From assembly GCF_011045215.1 (NCBI RefSeq), contig NZ_CP049201.1: a stretch of 64,000 bases of DNA; one strand, written 5' to 3'. Positions 27,633-45,610 of the stretch are shown here, in pieces. Each line of letters starts with the position of its first letter. Within the stretch, counting starts at the first letter, position 1. Under the pieces are notes generated by a model that was given only the letters and a program-made list of their open reading frames with translations, made no database searches and was not told the origin of the DNA. This DNA is from Escherichia coli (GTDB lineage: Bacteria > Pseudomonadota > Gammaproteobacteria > Enterobacterales > Enterobacteriaceae). A program made the position numbers and the translations under genes.

Positions 27633-29351
27633 TCAGCCTTTAATCTGTTTCACCAGATATTCGACGATGTCACCAGTCTTAATTAACTGTTTCTCGCCGT
27701 TACGACGATATTTATATTCGATATCGTCGTTGTCTAGGTTACGGTCGCCCAGCACAATAGTGTGCGGAATACCGATCAGTTCCATATCGGCAAACATCAC
27801 GCCCGGACGTTCTTTTCGGTCATCCAGCAGCACTTCGATACCTTGTGCACGCAGTTCGCTGTACAGTTTCTCAGCAAGCTCTTGTACGCGGAAGGATTTG
27901 TGCATGTTCATCGGCAGAATCGCCACCTGGAACGGCGCGATAGCGTCAGGCCATACGATGCCGCGTTCGTCGTAGTTCTGCTCAATCGCCGCAGCTACCA
28001 CACGCGTTACCCCGATACCGTAGCAACCCATCGTCAGGATTTGGTTACGGCCATCTTCACCCTGTACGGAGGCTTTCAGTGCTTCGGAGTACTTGGTACC
28101 CAGCTGGAAGATGTGACCAACTTCGATACCACGTTTGATCAGCAGCGTACCCTGGCCATCCGGGCTTGGATCGCCAGCCACCACGTTGCGGATATCAGCA
28201 ATTTCCGGGGTAGCGACATCGCGATCCCAGTTGATACCGAAGTAGTGTTTACCATCGATGTTAGCACCAGCAGCGAAATCACTCATCGCCGCAACGGTAC
28301 GGTCAATCACCACCGGAATTGGCATGTTTACCGGACCCAGTGAACCCGGACCGGCTTTAACCACGGCACGAATTTCTTCTTCGGTCGCGAAAGTCAGCGG
28401 GCTGGCAACCTGCGGCAGTTTTTCTGCTTTAACTTCGTTCAGCTCGTGGTCACCGCGCACCAGCAGCGCAACCAGCGGGAAGCTACTGCCTTCAACCGCT
28501 TTAACCAGCAGAGTCTTAACCGTTTTCTCAATCGGCAGATTGAACTGTTCAACCAGTTCCGCGATGGTTTTCGCGTTCGGCGTATCAACCAGCGTCATTT
28601 CCTGGGTAGCAGCAGCGCGCGGTTCTTTCGGCGCGATAGCTTCTGCCAGTTCAATGTTCGCTGCGTAGTCTGAGGTGTCGGAGAAGACCACATCGTCTTC
28701 ACCGCTCTGCGCCAGCACCTGGAATTCGTGAGAGGCGCTGCCACCGATAGAACCGGTGTCGGCCTGTACGGCGCGGAAATCCAGCCCCATGCGGCTGAAG
28801 ATTTTGCTGTAGGCCGCATACATTGCATCGTAGGTTTCCTGCAGGGATTCCTGAGAAGTATGGAAAGAGTAAGCATCTTTCATCAGGAATTCGCGGGAAC
28901 GCATGACGCCGAAACGCGGACGCACTTCGTCGCGGAACTTGGTCTGGATCTGATAGAAGTTCAGCGGCAGCTGTTTGTAAGAGCTAAGCTCGTTACGAAT
29001 CAGGTCAGTGATAACTTCTTCATGAGTTGGGCCGAGTACGAACGGACGCTCGCCACGGTCAACAAAACGCAGCAGTTCCGGACCGTACTGTTCCCAACGA
29101 CCACTCTCTTGCCACAAATCGGCTGGCTGAACCACCGGCATCGACACCTCGATTGCACCGGCGTTGTTCATCTCTTCACGCACGATGTTTTCGACTTTTT
29201 TCAGAACGCGCACGCCGGTCGGCAGCCAGGTATATAACCCGGAGGCCAGCTTGCGGATCATCCCGGCGCGCAGCATCAGCTGATGGCTGATCACCTCGGC
29301 GTCGGCAGGTGTCTCCTTGAGAGTGGAGAGCAGGTATTGGCTAGTACGCAT
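27633..29351 (-). CDS. proS: Prolyl-tRNA synthetase
   Basis: Start at [20 protein letters not shown] (572 aa) inside track ORF 27633-29405. Confidence 0.95.
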   Translation of the reverse strand: MRTSQYLLSTLKETPADAEVISHQLMLRAGMIRKLASGLYTWLPTGVRVLKKVENIVREEMNNAGAIEVSMPVVQPADLWQESGRWEQYGPELLRFVDRGERPFVLGPTHEEVITDLIRNELSSYKQLPLNFYQIQTKFRDEVRPRFGVMRSREFLMKDAYSFHTSQESLQETYDAMYAAYSKIFSRMGLDFRAVQADTGSIGGSASHEFQVLAQSGEDDVVFSDTSDYAANIELAEAIAPKEPRAAATQEMTLVDTPNAKTIAELVEQFNLPIEKTVKTLLVKAVEGSSFPLVALLVRGDHELNEVKAEKLPQVASPLTFATEEEIRAVVKAGPGSLGPVNMPIPVVIDRTVAAMSDFAAGANIDGKHYFGINWDRDVATPEIADIRNVVAGDPSPDGQGTLLIKRGIEVGHIFQLGTKYSEALKASVQGEDGRNQILTMGCYGIGVTRVVAAAIEQNYDERGIVWPDAIAPFQVAILPMNMHKSFRVQELAEKLYSELRAQGIEVLLDDRKERPGVMFADMELIGIPHTIVLGDRNLDNDDIEYKYRRNGEKQLIKTGDIVEYLVKQIKG

Positions 29352-29461
29352 GTTGTTACGGTTCCAGTTGGAAGGTAGAACAGGCTCAAGGCGAGCCTGG
29401 GACAAAAAAAGTGATTTAGTTTACCAGTGCAAAAGAAATGTCAAAAGAGAAGGGCGTGAAT

Positions 29462-30169
29462 TTAACGCGGTTCCAGCGCAAAGACTTCAAAACCTGCGTC
29501 GGTGACGCGCCAGCGAACGTTAAAATCATGTAGCCAGACGGCATAGGTTTTGCCCGTTTCCTCACCTTTACGATAGGCCGGGCGCGGGTCCTGCGCCAGT
29601 ACTTCGCGGATAAACAGCGTTAACTGCGGATAACGCTTCTCCAGCGTCAAAAGCTGCTTTTCGACCTCTGCGGTAAAACTCACCGCCATCTCTGCAGCTG
29701 GCGCACTTTGCGCATAGCTGGCACTGGCATCGGGAAGCGATTCGGCAAAGGGGAGATACGGTTTGATATCCACTACCGGCGTACCATCGACCAGATCCAG
29801 ACTGCCGAGCTTCAGAATCACGCTGTCTTTATGGCAAACAACCTCTTTCAGCTCTACCAGCGACATGCCAATTGGGTTAGGGCGGAAAGTAGAGCGTGTT
29901 GCGAAAACCCCCATTCTGGCGTTACCGCCGAGGCGCGGTGGACGCACAGTCGGACGCCAGCCGCCTTCCATCGTTTGATGAAAGACGAAAAGGATCCATA
30001 AATGGCTGAACGCTTCCAGGCCGCGAACGGCGTCGGCCTGGTTGTAGGGAGCAATGAGATGCAGTTCGCCGTTGGCGCTTTTTACCAGACCTGGCTGGCG
30101 CGGAACGGCGAACTTTTCTTTATAGGGCGAGCGAATAACGCCTATTTGCTCGAACTGGAAACTGCTCAT
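29462..30169 (-). CDS. tsaA: tRNA (adenine37-N6)-methyltransferase TsaA (YaeB)
   Basis: 235-aa ORF MSSFQFEQIGVIRSPYKEKFAVPRQPG... Confidence 0.92.
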   Translation of the reverse strand: MSSFQFEQIGVIRSPYKEKFAVPRQPGLVKSANGELHLIAPYNQADAVRGLEAFSHLWILFVFHQTMEGGWRPTVRPPRLGGNARMGVFATRSTFRPNPIGMSLVELKEVVCHKDSVILKLGSLDLVDGTPVVDIKPYLPFAESLPDASASYAQSAPAAEMAVSFTAEVEKQLLTLEKRYPQLTLFIREVLAQDPRPAYRKGEETGKTYAVWLHDFNVRWRVTDAGFEVFALEPR

Positions 30170-30570
30170 TTCGCCGTAATGTTAAGCGCAGAACCGATAC
30201 ATACAGCCTGACGATAGCAGCCTGGCGTACCGCTGGTGACTTCGCAGCTATGCAGTAATACAGCATTGGCTTTCATTTTAGAGGCGTTGATTTGCATCCG
30301 CTTACGTGCGGTTGGAATGCTCGGCGGAGAGTCCTGATTAGAGGCCTGGCAAGAGTCGCCACTGACTTCACCGAGATCGCGGAACGGTTTGCCGACTAAT
30401 TCTTCTGCATTGGTATAAATTCGGACCGGCGTGGCGCGCGGCGCTTTCGGTTTTGCAGGCTCCGCTTTCGGCTGGGGTGCAGTGCTTTGAACGGGTTCGA
30501 CAGGGGATCTGCTTAACATGGAACAGCCGCTTAGCATGAGTGCTACTAAACAGATCGGTAAAGCACGCAT
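30166..30570 (-). CDS. rcsF: Outer-membrane lipoprotein RcsF
   Basis: 134-aa ORF with lipobox LMLSGC; 4-nt overlap with tsaA. Confidence 0.93.
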   Translation of the reverse strand: MRALPICLVALMLSGCSMLSRSPVEPVQSTAPQPKAEPAKPKAPRATPVRIYTNAEELVGKPFRDLGEVSGDSCQASNQDSPPSIPTARKRMQINASKMKANAVLLHSCEVTSGTPGCYRQAVCIGSALNITAK

Positions 30571-30687
30571 AGTATTTCCTCAATGTATGATCAAAACGTC
30601 AATATTGAATCAGGAGCTTGTAAAAATGACAAGACGGGCAAGCGCCCGTCCTGAATGATATTACAAATTGTGGAAACAGCCTAAAAA

Positions 30688-31503
30688 TTACCAGCCTTTA
30701 ACAGCGCCGCCGTTAAACACTTTGTTTGCTGCTTCGTAAACTTCGTCAGACTGATAAGCCTGGACGAATTTCTTCACGTTCTCGGCGTCTTTGTTATCTT
30801 CACGCGTCACGATCAGGTTTACGTACGGGGACTCTTTATCTTCAACAAAGATACCGTCTTTCGCCGGAGTCAGGCCAATCTGGCTGGCATAGGTGGTATT
30901 GATAACTGCCAGAGCGATTTGCGCGTCGTCCAGAGAACGCGGCAGTTGCGGTGCTTCCAGTTCAACAATTTTCAGATTTTTGGGGTTCTCAACAACATCA
31001 AGAACGGTCGGCAGCAGGCCAACGCCATCTTTCAGTTTGATCAAGCCCACTTTTTGCAGCAGCAGCAGTGAACGACCAAGGTTAGTTGGGTCGTTTGGCA
31101 CGGCAACCTGCGAACCATCCTGCAGTTCATCCAGTGATTTGATTTTCTTGGAGTAACCAGCAATCGGATAAACAAAAGTGTTGCCTACTGCGACCAGTTT
31201 GTAGCCACGATCTTTCAGTTGCTGATCAAGGTACGGTTTATGCTGGAAGGCGTTGGCGTCGATATCGCCTTTGCTCAATGCTTCGTTTGGCAGAACATAG
31301 TCGTTGAAGGTTACCAGCTCAACGTCCAGGCCATATTTGTCTTTCGCAACTTTCTGCGCGACTTCTGCAACCTGCTGTTCGGCACCAACAATCACGCCGA
31401 CTTTAATGTGGTTTGGATCTTTTTCATCCTGACCGCAGCCTACCAGTGCCAGTGATCCAATCAGGGCTCCCACTGCCGCAAAGGTTTTGAATTTGAACGC
31501 CAT
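30688..31503 (-). CDS. metQ: D-methionine ABC transporter substrate-binding lipoprotein
   Basis: 271-aa ORF with lipobox LALVGC. Confidence 0.94.
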   Translation of the reverse strand: MAFKFKTFAAVGALIGSLALVGCGQDEKDPNHIKVGVIVGAEQQVAEVAQKVAKDKYGLDVELVTFNDYVLPNEALSKGDIDANAFQHKPYLDQQLKDRGYKLVAVGNTFVYPIAGYSKKIKSLDELQDGSQVAVPNDPTNLGRSLLLLQKVGLIKLKDGVGLLPTVLDVVENPKNLKIVELEAPQLPRSLDDAQIALAVINTTYASQIGLTPAKDGIFVEDKESPYVNLIVTREDNKDAENVKKFVQAYQSDEVYEAANKVFNGGAVKGW

Positions 31504-31542
31504 ACCTTATTCCTTCTTCAATTATTTATGTTGTGTTGAACG

Positions 31543-32196
31543 TTACTTGCGAGTGACAGCCCGGACGATGCGGTCGCCTGCGAACTGAATTAAATAAACC
31601 AGAATGACCAGCAATACCAGTACCGTATTCATCACCGTCGCGTTGTAGCCGATGTAGCCATACTGATAGCCAATCTGACCTAAACCACCGGCACCGACTG
31701 CACCACCCATCGCGGAATAACCGACCAGGGTAATCAGGGTGATAGTTGCCGCATTCACCAGACCCGGCAACGCTTCCGGTAACAGCACTTTACGGACGAT
31801 CTGCATTGGCGTGGCACCCATTGCGCGGGAAGCTTCAATTAACCCGGTTGGGATCTCCAGCAGAGCGTTCTCGACCATACGGGCAATAAACGGTGCTGCA
31901 CCAACGGTTAACGGAACAATTGCTGCCTGCAAACCAATCGATGTACCGACAATAACGCGGGTAAACGGAATCATCCATACCAGCAAGATAATGAACGGGA
32001 TGGAACGGAAAATGTTCACAATCGCAGAAACGGTACGATACAGCTTCGCGTTAGCAATAATTTGCCCCGGACGCGTGACATAAAGCAGGACGCCAACCGG
32101 CAGACCAATCACAAACCCAAAAAATCCGGATACGAAGGTCATTGCCAGCGTTTCCCATACGCCACGAACCAGCAGCCACATCATCGGCTCAGACAT
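31543..32196 (-). CDS. metI: D-methionine ABC transporter permease
   Basis: 217-aa multi-pass membrane ORF. Confidence 0.94.
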   Translation of the reverse strand: MSEPMMWLLVRGVWETLAMTFVSGFFGFVIGLPVGVLLYVTRPGQIIANAKLYRTVSAIVNIFRSIPFIILLVWMIPFTRVIVGTSIGLQAAIVPLTVGAAPFIARMVENALLEIPTGLIEASRAMGATPMQIVRKVLLPEALPGLVNAATITLITLVGYSAMGGAVGAGGLGQIGYQYGYIGYNATVMNTVLVLLVILVYLIQFAGDRIVRAVTRK

Positions 32197-33220
32197 AACC
32201 CAGTACCTCTACTTTTACATGGTGTTCCTGCAGCCAGGCAATGGCGGCTTGCGTATCTTGTTGTGTGCCGTGCATTTCAGTCAGCATGATGCCGAATTTA
32301 ACGCCACCAGCGTAGTCCATCTGCGCGCTAATAATGTTGTTGTTGACGTTGAAACGACGCGCGGTTTCAGAAAGCAGTGGGGCATCGACCGATTGACCGG
32401 TAAACTCCAGACGCAGCATCGGCACGCAGTCAGTGAATGGCTCCGCTTGCAGACGTTCCTGGTAATCTTCCGGGATATCCAGATGCAGGGTTGACTGAAT
32501 AAACTTCTGCGCCAGCGGCGTTTTCGGATGTGAGAACACTTCACTTACCGTGTCCTGCTCGATTAGTTCGCCATTGCTGATGACCGCCACGCAATCACAA
32601 ATACGCTTCACAACGTCCATTTCGTGGGTGATCAACAGAATCGTCAAACCCAGACGGCGGTTGATGTCTTTCAGCAGTTCGAGAATAGAACGTGTCGTTG
32701 CCGGGTCCAGCGCGCTGGTGGCTTCATCACACAGCAATACTTTGGGATTGCTGGCTAATGCACGGGCAATCGCCACACGTTGTTTCTGCCCACCGGAAAG
32801 ATTCGACGGGTAGCTATCATGCTTATCGCCAAGACCAACCAATGACAGCAATTCCGTCACGCGACGTTTGATCTCGTCTTTCGGTGTATTGTCCAGCTCC
32901 AGCGGCAGAGCCACGTTGCCAAAAACAGTACGCGAAGAGAGCAGGTTAAAATGCTGGAAAATCATACCAATCTGGCGACGAGCTTTGGTCAACTCGGATT
33001 CTGACAGCGTGGTCAGTTCCTGGCCATCGACCAGCACGCTACCCTCGGTTGGGCGCTCCAGCAGGTTTACACAACGTATAAGCGTACTCTTACCCGCGCC
33101 TGAGGCACCGATAACGCCATAAATTTGTCCAGCTGGCACATGCAGGCTGACGTTGTTCAACGCCTGGATGATGCGGGTGCCCTGGTGGAACACTTTGGTG
33201 ATATTCGAAAGTTTTATCAT
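32189..33220 (-). CDS. metN: D-methionine ABC transporter ATP-binding protein
   Basis: 343-aa ORF with Walker [10 protein letters not shown] and ABC signature LSGGQKQR. Confidence 0.95.
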   Translation of the reverse strand: MIKLSNITKVFHQGTRIIQALNNVSLHVPAGQIYGVIGASGAGKSTLIRCVNLLERPTEGSVLVDGQELTTLSESELTKARRQIGMIFQHFNLLSSRTVFGNVALPLELDNTPKDEIKRRVTELLSLVGLGDKHDSYPSNLSGGQKQRVAIARALASNPKVLLCDEATSALDPATTRSILELLKDINRRLGLTILLITHEMDVVKRICDCVAVISNGELIEQDTVSEVFSHPKTPLAQKFIQSTLHLDIPEDYQERLQAEPFTDCVPMLRLEFTGQSVDAPLLSETARRFNVNNNIISAQMDYAGGVKFGIMLTEMHGTQQDTQAAIAWLQEHHVKVEVLGYV

Positions 33221-33407
33221 TGATTATTTATTATCGTCATTAAGTTAGTCGTGGCATCTCGAATGCCTGAAACGGGCAACGCCGTCAATGAAATGGATGT
33301 TAAGGCATCCAGACGTCTAAATCAATCAGGTTTATGCGAAGAGCACTTTCTTGCAGGTCGAAACATGCGATACTAGCGTCACATGCCTTATTAAGGAGCT
33401 ATAAAAG

Positions 33408-33983
33408 GTGGCGAAGAGCGTACCCGCAATTTTTCTTGACCGTGACGGCACTATTAATGTCGATCACGGCTATGTCCATGAGATCGACAACTTTGAATTT
33501 ATCGACGGTGTTATTGACGCCATGCGCGAGCTAAAAAAAATGGGCTTTGCGCTGGTGGTAGTAACCAACCAGTCTGGCATTGCTCGCGGTAAATTTACCG
33601 AAGCACAGTTTGAAACGCTGACCGAGTGGATGGACTGGTCGCTGGCGGACCGAGATGTCGATCTGGATGGTATATATTATTGCCCGCATCATCCGCAGGG
33701 TAGTGTTGAAGAGTTTCGCCAGGTCTGCGATTGCCGCAAACCACATCCGGGGATGCTTTTGTCAGCACGCGATTATTTGCATATTGATATGGCCGCTTCT
33801 TATATGGTGGGCGATAAATTAGAAGATATGCAGGCAGCGGTTGCGGCGAACGTGGGAACAAAAGTGCTGGTGCGTACGGGTAAACCTATTACACCTGAAG
33901 CAGAAAACGCGGCAGATTGGGTGTTAAATAGCCTGGCAGACCTGCCGCAAGCGATAAAAAAGCAGCAAAAACCGGCGCAATGA
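33408..33983 (+). CDS. gmhB: D-glycero-beta-D-manno-heptose-1,7-bisphosphate 7-phosphatase
   Basis: 191-aa ORF, GTG start, HAD motif FLDRDGTIN. Confidence 0.94.
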
Positions 33984-34023
33984 TTAAAAGATGAGCGATT
34001 GAAATAAAAATGCATTTTTCCGC

Positions 34024-34051
34024 TTGTCTTCCTGAGCCGACTCCCTATAAT
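34024..34051 (+). promoter_or_regulatory. rrnH P1 promoter
   Basis: TTGTCT -35, 16-bp spacer, TATAAT -10, followed by GCGCC discriminator; rrn P1-like. Confidence 0.7.
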
Positions 34052-34133
34052 GCGCCTCCATCGACACGGCGGATGTGAATCACTTCACACAAACAGCCGG
34101 TTCGGTTGAAGAGAAAAATCCTGAAATTCAGGG

Positions 34134-34162
34134 TTGACTCTGAAAGAGGAAAGCGTAATATA
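34134..34162 (+). promoter_or_regulatory. rrnH P2 promoter
   Basis: TTGACT -35, 17-bp spacer, TAATAT -10. Confidence 0.65.
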
Positions 34163-34202
34163 CGCCACCTCGCGACAGTGAGCTGAAAGCCGCGTCGCAA
34201 CT

Positions 34203-34214
34203 GCTCTTTAACAA
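34203..34214 (+). promoter_or_regulatory. boxA antitermination element of the rrn leader
   Basis: GCTCTTTAACAA consensus boxA. Confidence 0.8.
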
Positions 34215-34345
34215 TTTATCAGACAATCTGTGTGGGCACTCGAAGATACGGATTCTTAACGTCGCAAGACGAAAAATGAATACCAAGTCTCAAGAGTGAA
34301 CACGTAATTCATTACGAAGTTTAATTCTTTGAGCATCAAACTTTT

Positions 34346-35887
<1,542 letters not shown>

Positions 35888-35955
35888 CCTTAAAGAAGCG
35901 TTCTTTGTAGTGCTCACACAGATTGTCTGATGAAAATGAGCAGTAAAACCTCTAC

Positions 35956-36032
<77 letters not shown>

Positions 36033-36074
36033 AATTTGCACGGCAAATTTGAAGAGGTTTTAACTACATGTTAT

Positions 36075-36150
36075 GGGGCTATAGCTCAGCTGGGAGAGCG
36101 CCTGCTTTGCACGCAGGAGGTCTGCGGTTCGATCCCGCATAGCTCCACCA
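36075..36150 (+). tRNA. alaV: tRNA-Ala (TGC)
   Basis: GGGGCTATAGCTCAGCTGGGAGAGCGCCTGCTTTGCACGCAGGAGGTCTGCGGTTCGATCCCGCATAGCTCCACCA. Confidence 0.95.
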
Positions 36151-36333
36151 TCTCTGTAGTGATTAAATAAAAAATACTTCAGAGTGTACCTGCAAAGGTT
36201 CACTGCGAAGTTTTGCTCTTTAAAAATCTGGATCAAGCTGAAAATTGAAACACTGAACAACGAAAGTTGTTCGTGAGTCTCTCAAATTTTCGCAACACGA
36301 TGATGAATCGCAAGAAACATCTTCGGGTTGTGA

Positions 36334-39237
<2,904 letters not shown>

Positions 39238-39329
39238 CAACGCCGAAGCTGTTTTGGCGGATTGAGAGAAGATTTTCAGCCTGATACAGATTAAATCAGA
39301 ACGCAGAAGCGGTCTGATAAAACAGAATT

Positions 39330-39449
39330 TGCCTGGCGGCCGTAGCGCGGTGGTCCCACCTGACCCCATGCCGAACTCAGAAGTGAAACGCCGTAGCGCC
39401 GATGGTAGTGTGGGGTCTCCCCATGCGAGAGTAGGGAACTGCCAGGCAT
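39330..39449 (+). rRNA. rrfH: 5S ribosomal RNA
   Basis: TGCCTGGCGGCCGTAGCGCGGTGGTCCCACCTGACCCCATGCCGAACTCAGAAGTGAAACG...GCCAGGCAT, 120 nt. Confidence 0.96.
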
Positions 39450-39501
39450 CAAATTAAGCAGTAAGCCGGTCATAAAACCGGTGGTTGTAAAAGAATTCGG
39501 T

Positions 39502-39578
39502 GGAGCGGTAGTTCAGTCGGTTAGAATACCTGCCTGTCACGCAGGGGGTCGCGGGTTCGAGTCCCGTCCGTTCCGCCA
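39502..39578 (+). tRNA. aspU: tRNA-Asp (GTC), distal tRNA of the rrnH operon
   Basis: GGAGCGGTAGTTCAGTCGGTTAGAATACCTGCCTGTCACGCAGGGGGTCGCGGGTTCGAGTCCCGTCCGTTCCGCCA. Confidence 0.95.
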
Positions 39579-39590
39579 CTTATTAAGAAG

Positions 39591-39618
39591 CCTCGAGTTA
39601 TCGCTCGAGGTTTTTTTT
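39591..39618 (+). terminator. rrnH operon Rho-independent terminator
   Basis: CCTCGAG TTATCGC TCGAGG followed by TTTTTTTT. Confidence 0.75.
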
Positions 39619-39740
39619 CGTCTACATTTCTATTATTGCTAAAATCGCAAAAATCCTCTGCATTTTACGCTCTTTTTCCGCAACAGTCTGAAGCCCATAA
39701 TCACCTCAGTTAACGAAAATAGCATTAAAAGAGGCATATT

Positions 39741-40544
39741 ATGGCTATCCCTGCATTTGGTTTAGGTACTTTCCGTCTGAAAGACGACGTTGTTATTTCA
39801 TCTGTGAAAACGGCGCTTGAACTTGGTTATCGCGCAATTGATACCGCACAAATCTATGATAACGAAGCCGCAGTAGGTCAGGCGATTGCAGAAAGTGGCG
39901 TGCCACGTCATGAACTCTACATCACCACTAAAATCTGGATTGAAAATCTCAGCAAAGACAAATTGATCCCAAGTCTGAAAGAGAGCCTGCAAAAATTGCG
40001 TACTGATTATGTTGATCTGACGCTAATCCACTGGCCGTCACCAAACGATGAAGTCTCTGTTGAAGAGTTTATGCAGGCGCTGCTGGAAGCCAAAAAACAA
40101 GGGCTGACGCGTGAGATCGGTATTTCCAACTTCACGATCCCATTGATGGAAAAGGCGATTGCTGCTGTTGGCGCTGAAAACATCGCTACTAACCAGATTG
40201 AACTCTCTCCTTATCTGCAAAACCGTAAAGTGGTTGCCTGGGCTAAACAGCACGGCATCCATATTACTTCCTATATGACGCTGGCGTATGGTAAGGCCCT
40301 GAAAGATGAGGTTATTGCTCGTATCGCAGCTAAACACAATGCGACTCCGGCACAAGTGATTCTGGCGTGGGCTATGGGGGAAGGTTACTCAGTAATTCCT
40401 TCTTCTACTAAACGTAAAAACCTGGAAAGTAATCTTAAGGCACAAAATTTACAGCTTGATGCCGAAGATAAAAAAGCGATCGCCGCACTGGATTGCAACG
40501 ACCGCCTGGTTAGCCCGGAAGGTCTGGCTCCTGAATGGGATTAA
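39741..40544 (+). CDS. dkgB: 2,5-diketo-D-gluconate reductase B (aldo-keto reductase)
   Basis: 267-aa [42 protein letters not shown]... Confidence 0.93.
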   Translation: MAIPAFGLGTFRLKDDVVISSVKTALELGYRAIDTAQIYDNEAAVGQAIAESGVPRHELYITTKIWIENLSKDKLIPSLKESLQKLRTDYVDLTLIHWPSPNDEVSVEEFMQALLEAKKQGLTREIGISNFTIPLMEKAIAAVGAENIATNQIELSPYLQNRKVVAWAKQHGIHITSYMTLAYGKALKDEVIARIAAKHNATPAQVILAWAMGEGYSVIPSSTKRKNLESNLKAQNLQLDAEDKKAIAALDCNDRLVSPEGLAPEWD

Positions 40545-41455
40545 GCCTCTCTGACAGCTCCTCCGGGAGCTGTTTTTACATGCTCGCTAAGGAAATCGAT
40601 AAAAGCCCGGATGCGCGTACTTACCGCACGGTCGCTGTAATAGACTGCACTGAATGGCATTTCCACTGGCAACACTTTATCTGCCATTAACTCCACCAAT
40701 TCTCCGCGAGCGATTTCTCTGTCGATCATATAGTCGGACAAACACGCAATCCCGTTGCCACTCAGGCAAAGCTGTTTCAGTGTTTCCCCACTATTGGATG
40801 ACAAACCGTACTTCACCTCATGTAATTGTCCATCGCTACAGGCTATCGGCCAGGTATTGAGGGAAGCGGGTTCAGTGAATCCCAGGCAAACATGTTGCTT
40901 TAAATCGTCGATCGTTTCTGGCTTCCCGTAGCGGGAAATATAATCGGGGGAGGCGATAATTTTTCGATAACTGTTAAATAACGGCCTGGCACGTAAGCTG
41001 GAATCCGTTAACGTACCAGCGCGTATCGCGACATCCACTTTTCTTTCGATCAAATTAATAATCGTTTCGGAGGAGACTAGCGACAAAGTGACTTCCGGAT
41101 AGCGTTCACGGAAAGGCTTAATTAACGGCATCAGAAAGTGCAGCACCACTGGAGTTGCGGCATCGATCCGTAACAGTCCACGCGGTGTATTACGCGTCTC
41201 CATAATTTCTGATTCTGCCGCTGCCATCTCCTGCAAAATTGACTGTACGCGACGGAAATAACGCTCGCCTTCTTCCGTCAGGCTAAGTTGTCGCGTGGTC
41301 CGATTAAGCAGGCTAACGCCAAGTTTCATCTCCAGCTTTTTCACCGCCCGGCTTACCGCTGAGTTTGCTTGCCCTAATTGTTCCGCTGCCCGGCTAAAGC
41401 TGCCGCTTTCTACGACCGAAACAAAAATGGCGAGTTCTTCCGAAGTGGCTTTCAT
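40541..41455 (-). CDS. yafC: LysR-family transcriptional regulator YafC
   Basis: 304-aa ORF with N-terminal HTH ([23 protein letters not shown]); convergent 4-nt overlap with dkgB. Confidence 0.9.
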   Translation of the reverse strand: MKATSEELAIFVSVVESGSFSRAAEQLGQANSAVSRAVKKLEMKLGVSLLNRTTRQLSLTEEGERYFRRVQSILQEMAAAESEIMETRNTPRGLLRIDAATPVVLHFLMPLIKPFRERYPEVTLSLVSSETIINLIERKVDVAIRAGTLTDSSLRARPLFNSYRKIIASPDYISRYGKPETIDDLKQHVCLGFTEPASLNTWPIACSDGQLHEVKYGLSSNSGETLKQLCLSGNGIACLSDYMIDREIARGELVELMADKVLPVEMPFSAVYYSDRAVSTRIRAFIDFLSEHVKTAPGGAVREA

Positions 41456-41644
41456 TTTTGCTCCTGTTGCAAAATAGAAGAGATATTTTGAATTTATTTG
41501 TCATTAAACCATCAGGATGCGTGATATGTCATCCGATTTAATGTTCTCAATAATGAGCAAAATTCTGACCGGTGTAAGCACTTGCTTACATAACAATATA
41601 CAATTGCTCGTTGAAAGAGTGAGCTAAAATCCCTATAACAGTAG

Positions 41645-42496
<852 letters not shown>

Positions 42497-42573
42497 GGTA
42501 TGTCAGGTCTGCCACAGGGCAGACCAACGTTTGGCGCTGCCCTTTTATACTCAAATAACAAAAGGACAGCGCA

Positions 42574-43344
42574 ATGACAATACAATCCCACCATGACCAT
42601 GTAGAAAAGCAGTTTAGCTCTCAAGCCAGCGAATATCTGACCAGTACCGTACATGCATCCGGACGAGATTTACAGCGCCTGGCGGTGTGTCTGGCTGATT
42701 ATCCTGATGCAAGTGTACTTGATATGGGCTGCGGAGCAGGGCATGCCAGCTTTGTCGCTGCGCAAAACGTGAGCACGGTGGTGGCGTATGACTTATCTGC
42801 CCAAATGCTGGATGTCGTGGCACAAGCTGCCGAAGTCCGGCAACTGAAAAATATCACCACCCGCCAGGGTTATGCCGAAAGTCAGCCATTTGCCGATAAC
42901 GCATTTGATATTGTTATCAGCCGTTATTCTGCCCATCACTGGCATGATGTTGGTGCAGCACTGCGTGAAGTGAACCGGATATTGAAACCTGGCGGTAGGC
43001 TGATTGTGATGGACGTAATGTCTCCGGGCCACCCAGTGCGCGACATCTGGTTACAGACGGTAGAAGCATTACGCGATACCTCTCACGTACGAAACTACGC
43101 CAGCGGTGAGTGGTTGAGGTTAATCAATGAAGCCAATCTGATAGTTGATAATTTAATTACAGATAAGTTACCGCTGGAATTTTCTTCATGGGTCGCGAGA
43201 ATGCGTACGCCAGAAGCGTTAGTAGACGCTATTCGCATTTACCAACAGAGCGCATCGACAGAGGTGAGAACGTATTTTGCCTTGCAGAATGATGGCTCTT
43301 TCACCAGTGATATCATCATGGTAGATGCACATAAAGCGGCATAA
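42574..43344 (+). CDS. yafE: SAM-dependent methyltransferase YafE
   Basis: 256-aa ORF with SAM-binding motif LDMGCGAGH; start codon not independently verified. Confidence 0.88.
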   Translation: MTIQSHHDHVEKQFSSQASEYLTSTVHASGRDLQRLAVCLADYPDASVLDMGCGAGHASFVAAQNVSTVVAYDLSAQMLDVVAQAAEVRQLKNITTRQGYAESQPFADNAFDIVISRYSAHHWHDVGAALREVNRILKPGGRLIVMDVMSPGHPVRDIWLQTVEALRDTSHVRNYASGEWLRLINEANLIVDNLITDKLPLEFSSWVARMRTPEALVDAIRIYQQSASTEVRTYFALQNDGSFTSDIIMVDAHKAA

Positions 43345-43346
43345 AT

Positions 43347-43378
43347 AAAAAAGGCACCGGGGGAATCGGTGCCTTTTT
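43347..43378. terminator. Bidirectional Rho-independent terminator between yafE and mltD
   Basis: AAAAAGGCACCG GGGGAAT CGGTGCCTTTTT, with A/T runs on both sides. Confidence 0.7.
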
Positions 43379-43391
43379 ATTATCTGGTTTG

Positions 43392-44750
43392 TCAGGAATC
43401 TGGCATGTTGTTGTTTTTCACAAACAACGTCAGCTTATCGCCTGGTTGCAGATTCGCAGTGTCGCTGTTCCAGCGCATCACATCTTTGATGTTCACGCCG
43501 TGGCGTTTAGCAATGCTTGAAAGCGAATCGCCTTTGCGCACACGATACGTAATGCTATCGCTGTTGTTTGCCAGTCGCTGTGCGCTACTGCCTGCACCAA
43601 TCGTCAAACTTTGGCCTGGCTTCAGCTTAGATCCGCGCAGTTTGTTCCACTGCTGCAAATCTTTGGTGCTTACGCCGAGACGTGAAGCGATGCTTGAAAG
43701 CGTGTCGCCAGAGCGTACGGTGTAAACACGGCTGTTAAGCGGCGTATTGTCGACAACCAGCGTCGACTGTACAGCAGCAATCTCGCCTGAAGCGAGAGAT
43801 TCACGCAGTTGATCTGCATGCTTCTTTGGCACCATCACGTACTGCGGACCACTTGCGCCCAGCGTGGAGCCTTTCACGCCAGCGTTGAATGTCTTCAGCT
43901 TGCTGACGGAAATCCCCGCCATATCTGCAACCTTCGCCATTTCAACCGGGCTGCTCAGGTGCACACGCGCCAGAGCACGGCTTTCATCGGTCGTTGGCAG
44001 ACGTACGCCATAACGCTTGCTGTTTTTGAGAATATCACTCAATGCCAGCATTTTAGGCACGTACTGCTTCGTTTCCTGCGGCAACGGTAACGACCAGAAG
44101 TCCGTGGATTTCCCACGCGCTTTGTTCGTTTTAATTGCCTTCATGACCCGACCTTCGCCGCTGTTATAAGCCGCTACGGTCAGAAGCCAGTCGCCGTCAA
44201 ACATTTTGTTCAGACGCTGCATCATGTTCAGCGCGGCAGTTGTTGAAGCAACAACATCGCGACGCGCGTCATAATTGCGGGTCTGTTTCAAACCATAATT
44301 GCGCCCCGTGCTCGGAATGATCTGCCAGATGCCTGCGGCATTGGCGCCAGACGTTGCGTGAGGATCAAAAGCGCTCTCCACTATGGGTAGTAGTACCAGT
44401 TCCATAGGCATGTTACGTTTTTTAACTTGCCCGGCTATCCAGTACATATACGGCTCTGCCCGTAAAGTTACATCGTGGAGATAGCTCTTATTGCGTAAAT
44501 ATTTCTGTTTCTGTTCGCGAATCCGGTCATTTTCCGGAATTCCCATCTTTAGCTCGTCGCCAATGAAAGCCCACAAGTCACCATCTGGCGCGATAGACGT
44601 CCCATCGTCCATCCATCGTGCCTGACTTGTAAACTTTGCTGCTTCCCCTTGACCAGCTGCAGAAAGGCTCTGTGCGTGCTGTTGTACGTTGCCGGTACTC
44701 TGGCAACCCACGAGCAGGACAGAGGCGAGTAATATCGCTTTTGCCTTCAT
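43392..44750 (-). CDS. mltD: Membrane-bound lytic murein transglycosylase D
   Basis: 452-aa ORF with lipobox LLVGC, SLT domain and two C-terminal LysM repeats. Confidence 0.94.
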   Translation of the reverse strand: MKAKAILLASVLLVGCQSTGNVQQHAQSLSAAGQGEAAKFTSQARWMDDGTSIAPDGDLWAFIGDELKMGIPENDRIREQKQKYLRNKSYLHDVTLRAEPYMYWIAGQVKKRNMPMELVLLPIVESAFDPHATSGANAAGIWQIIPSTGRNYGLKQTRNYDARRDVVASTTAALNMMQRLNKMFDGDWLLTVAAYNSGEGRVMKAIKTNKARGKSTDFWSLPLPQETKQYVPKMLALSDILKNSKRYGVRLPTTDESRALARVHLSSPVEMAKVADMAGISVSKLKTFNAGVKGSTLGASGPQYVMVPKKHADQLRESLASGEIAAVQSTLVVDNTPLNSRVYTVRSGDTLSSIASRLGVSTKDLQQWNKLRGSKLKPGQSLTIGAGSSAQRLANNSDSITYRVRKGDSLSSIAKRHGVNIKDVMRWNSDTANLQPGDKLTLFVKNNNMPDS

Positions 44751-44821
44751 GTGTGTGTCAATAGTTGCTTAAAAGACGACCGATCATAACGGCGAACGGA
44801 GCCGATGACAAGAAAGTTTTA

Positions 44822-45580
<759 letters not shown>

Positions 45581-45610
45581 TTACCTCTCAGTGTGAAACG
45601 GAAGGTTGTG

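Noticed and set aside
27762-29290. Several plus-strand ORFs (27762-28343, 28258-28668, 28728-29237, 29027-29290) opposite proS
   Set aside because: All are antisense to the 572-aa prolyl-tRNA synthetase gene; shadow ORFs.
29352-29461. Hairpin CAGGCTCAAGGCGAGCCTG in the proS-tsaA spacer as a terminator
   Set aside because: On the transcribed (minus) strand the U-run precedes rather than follows the hairpin, so it does not fit an intrinsic terminator; left unassigned.
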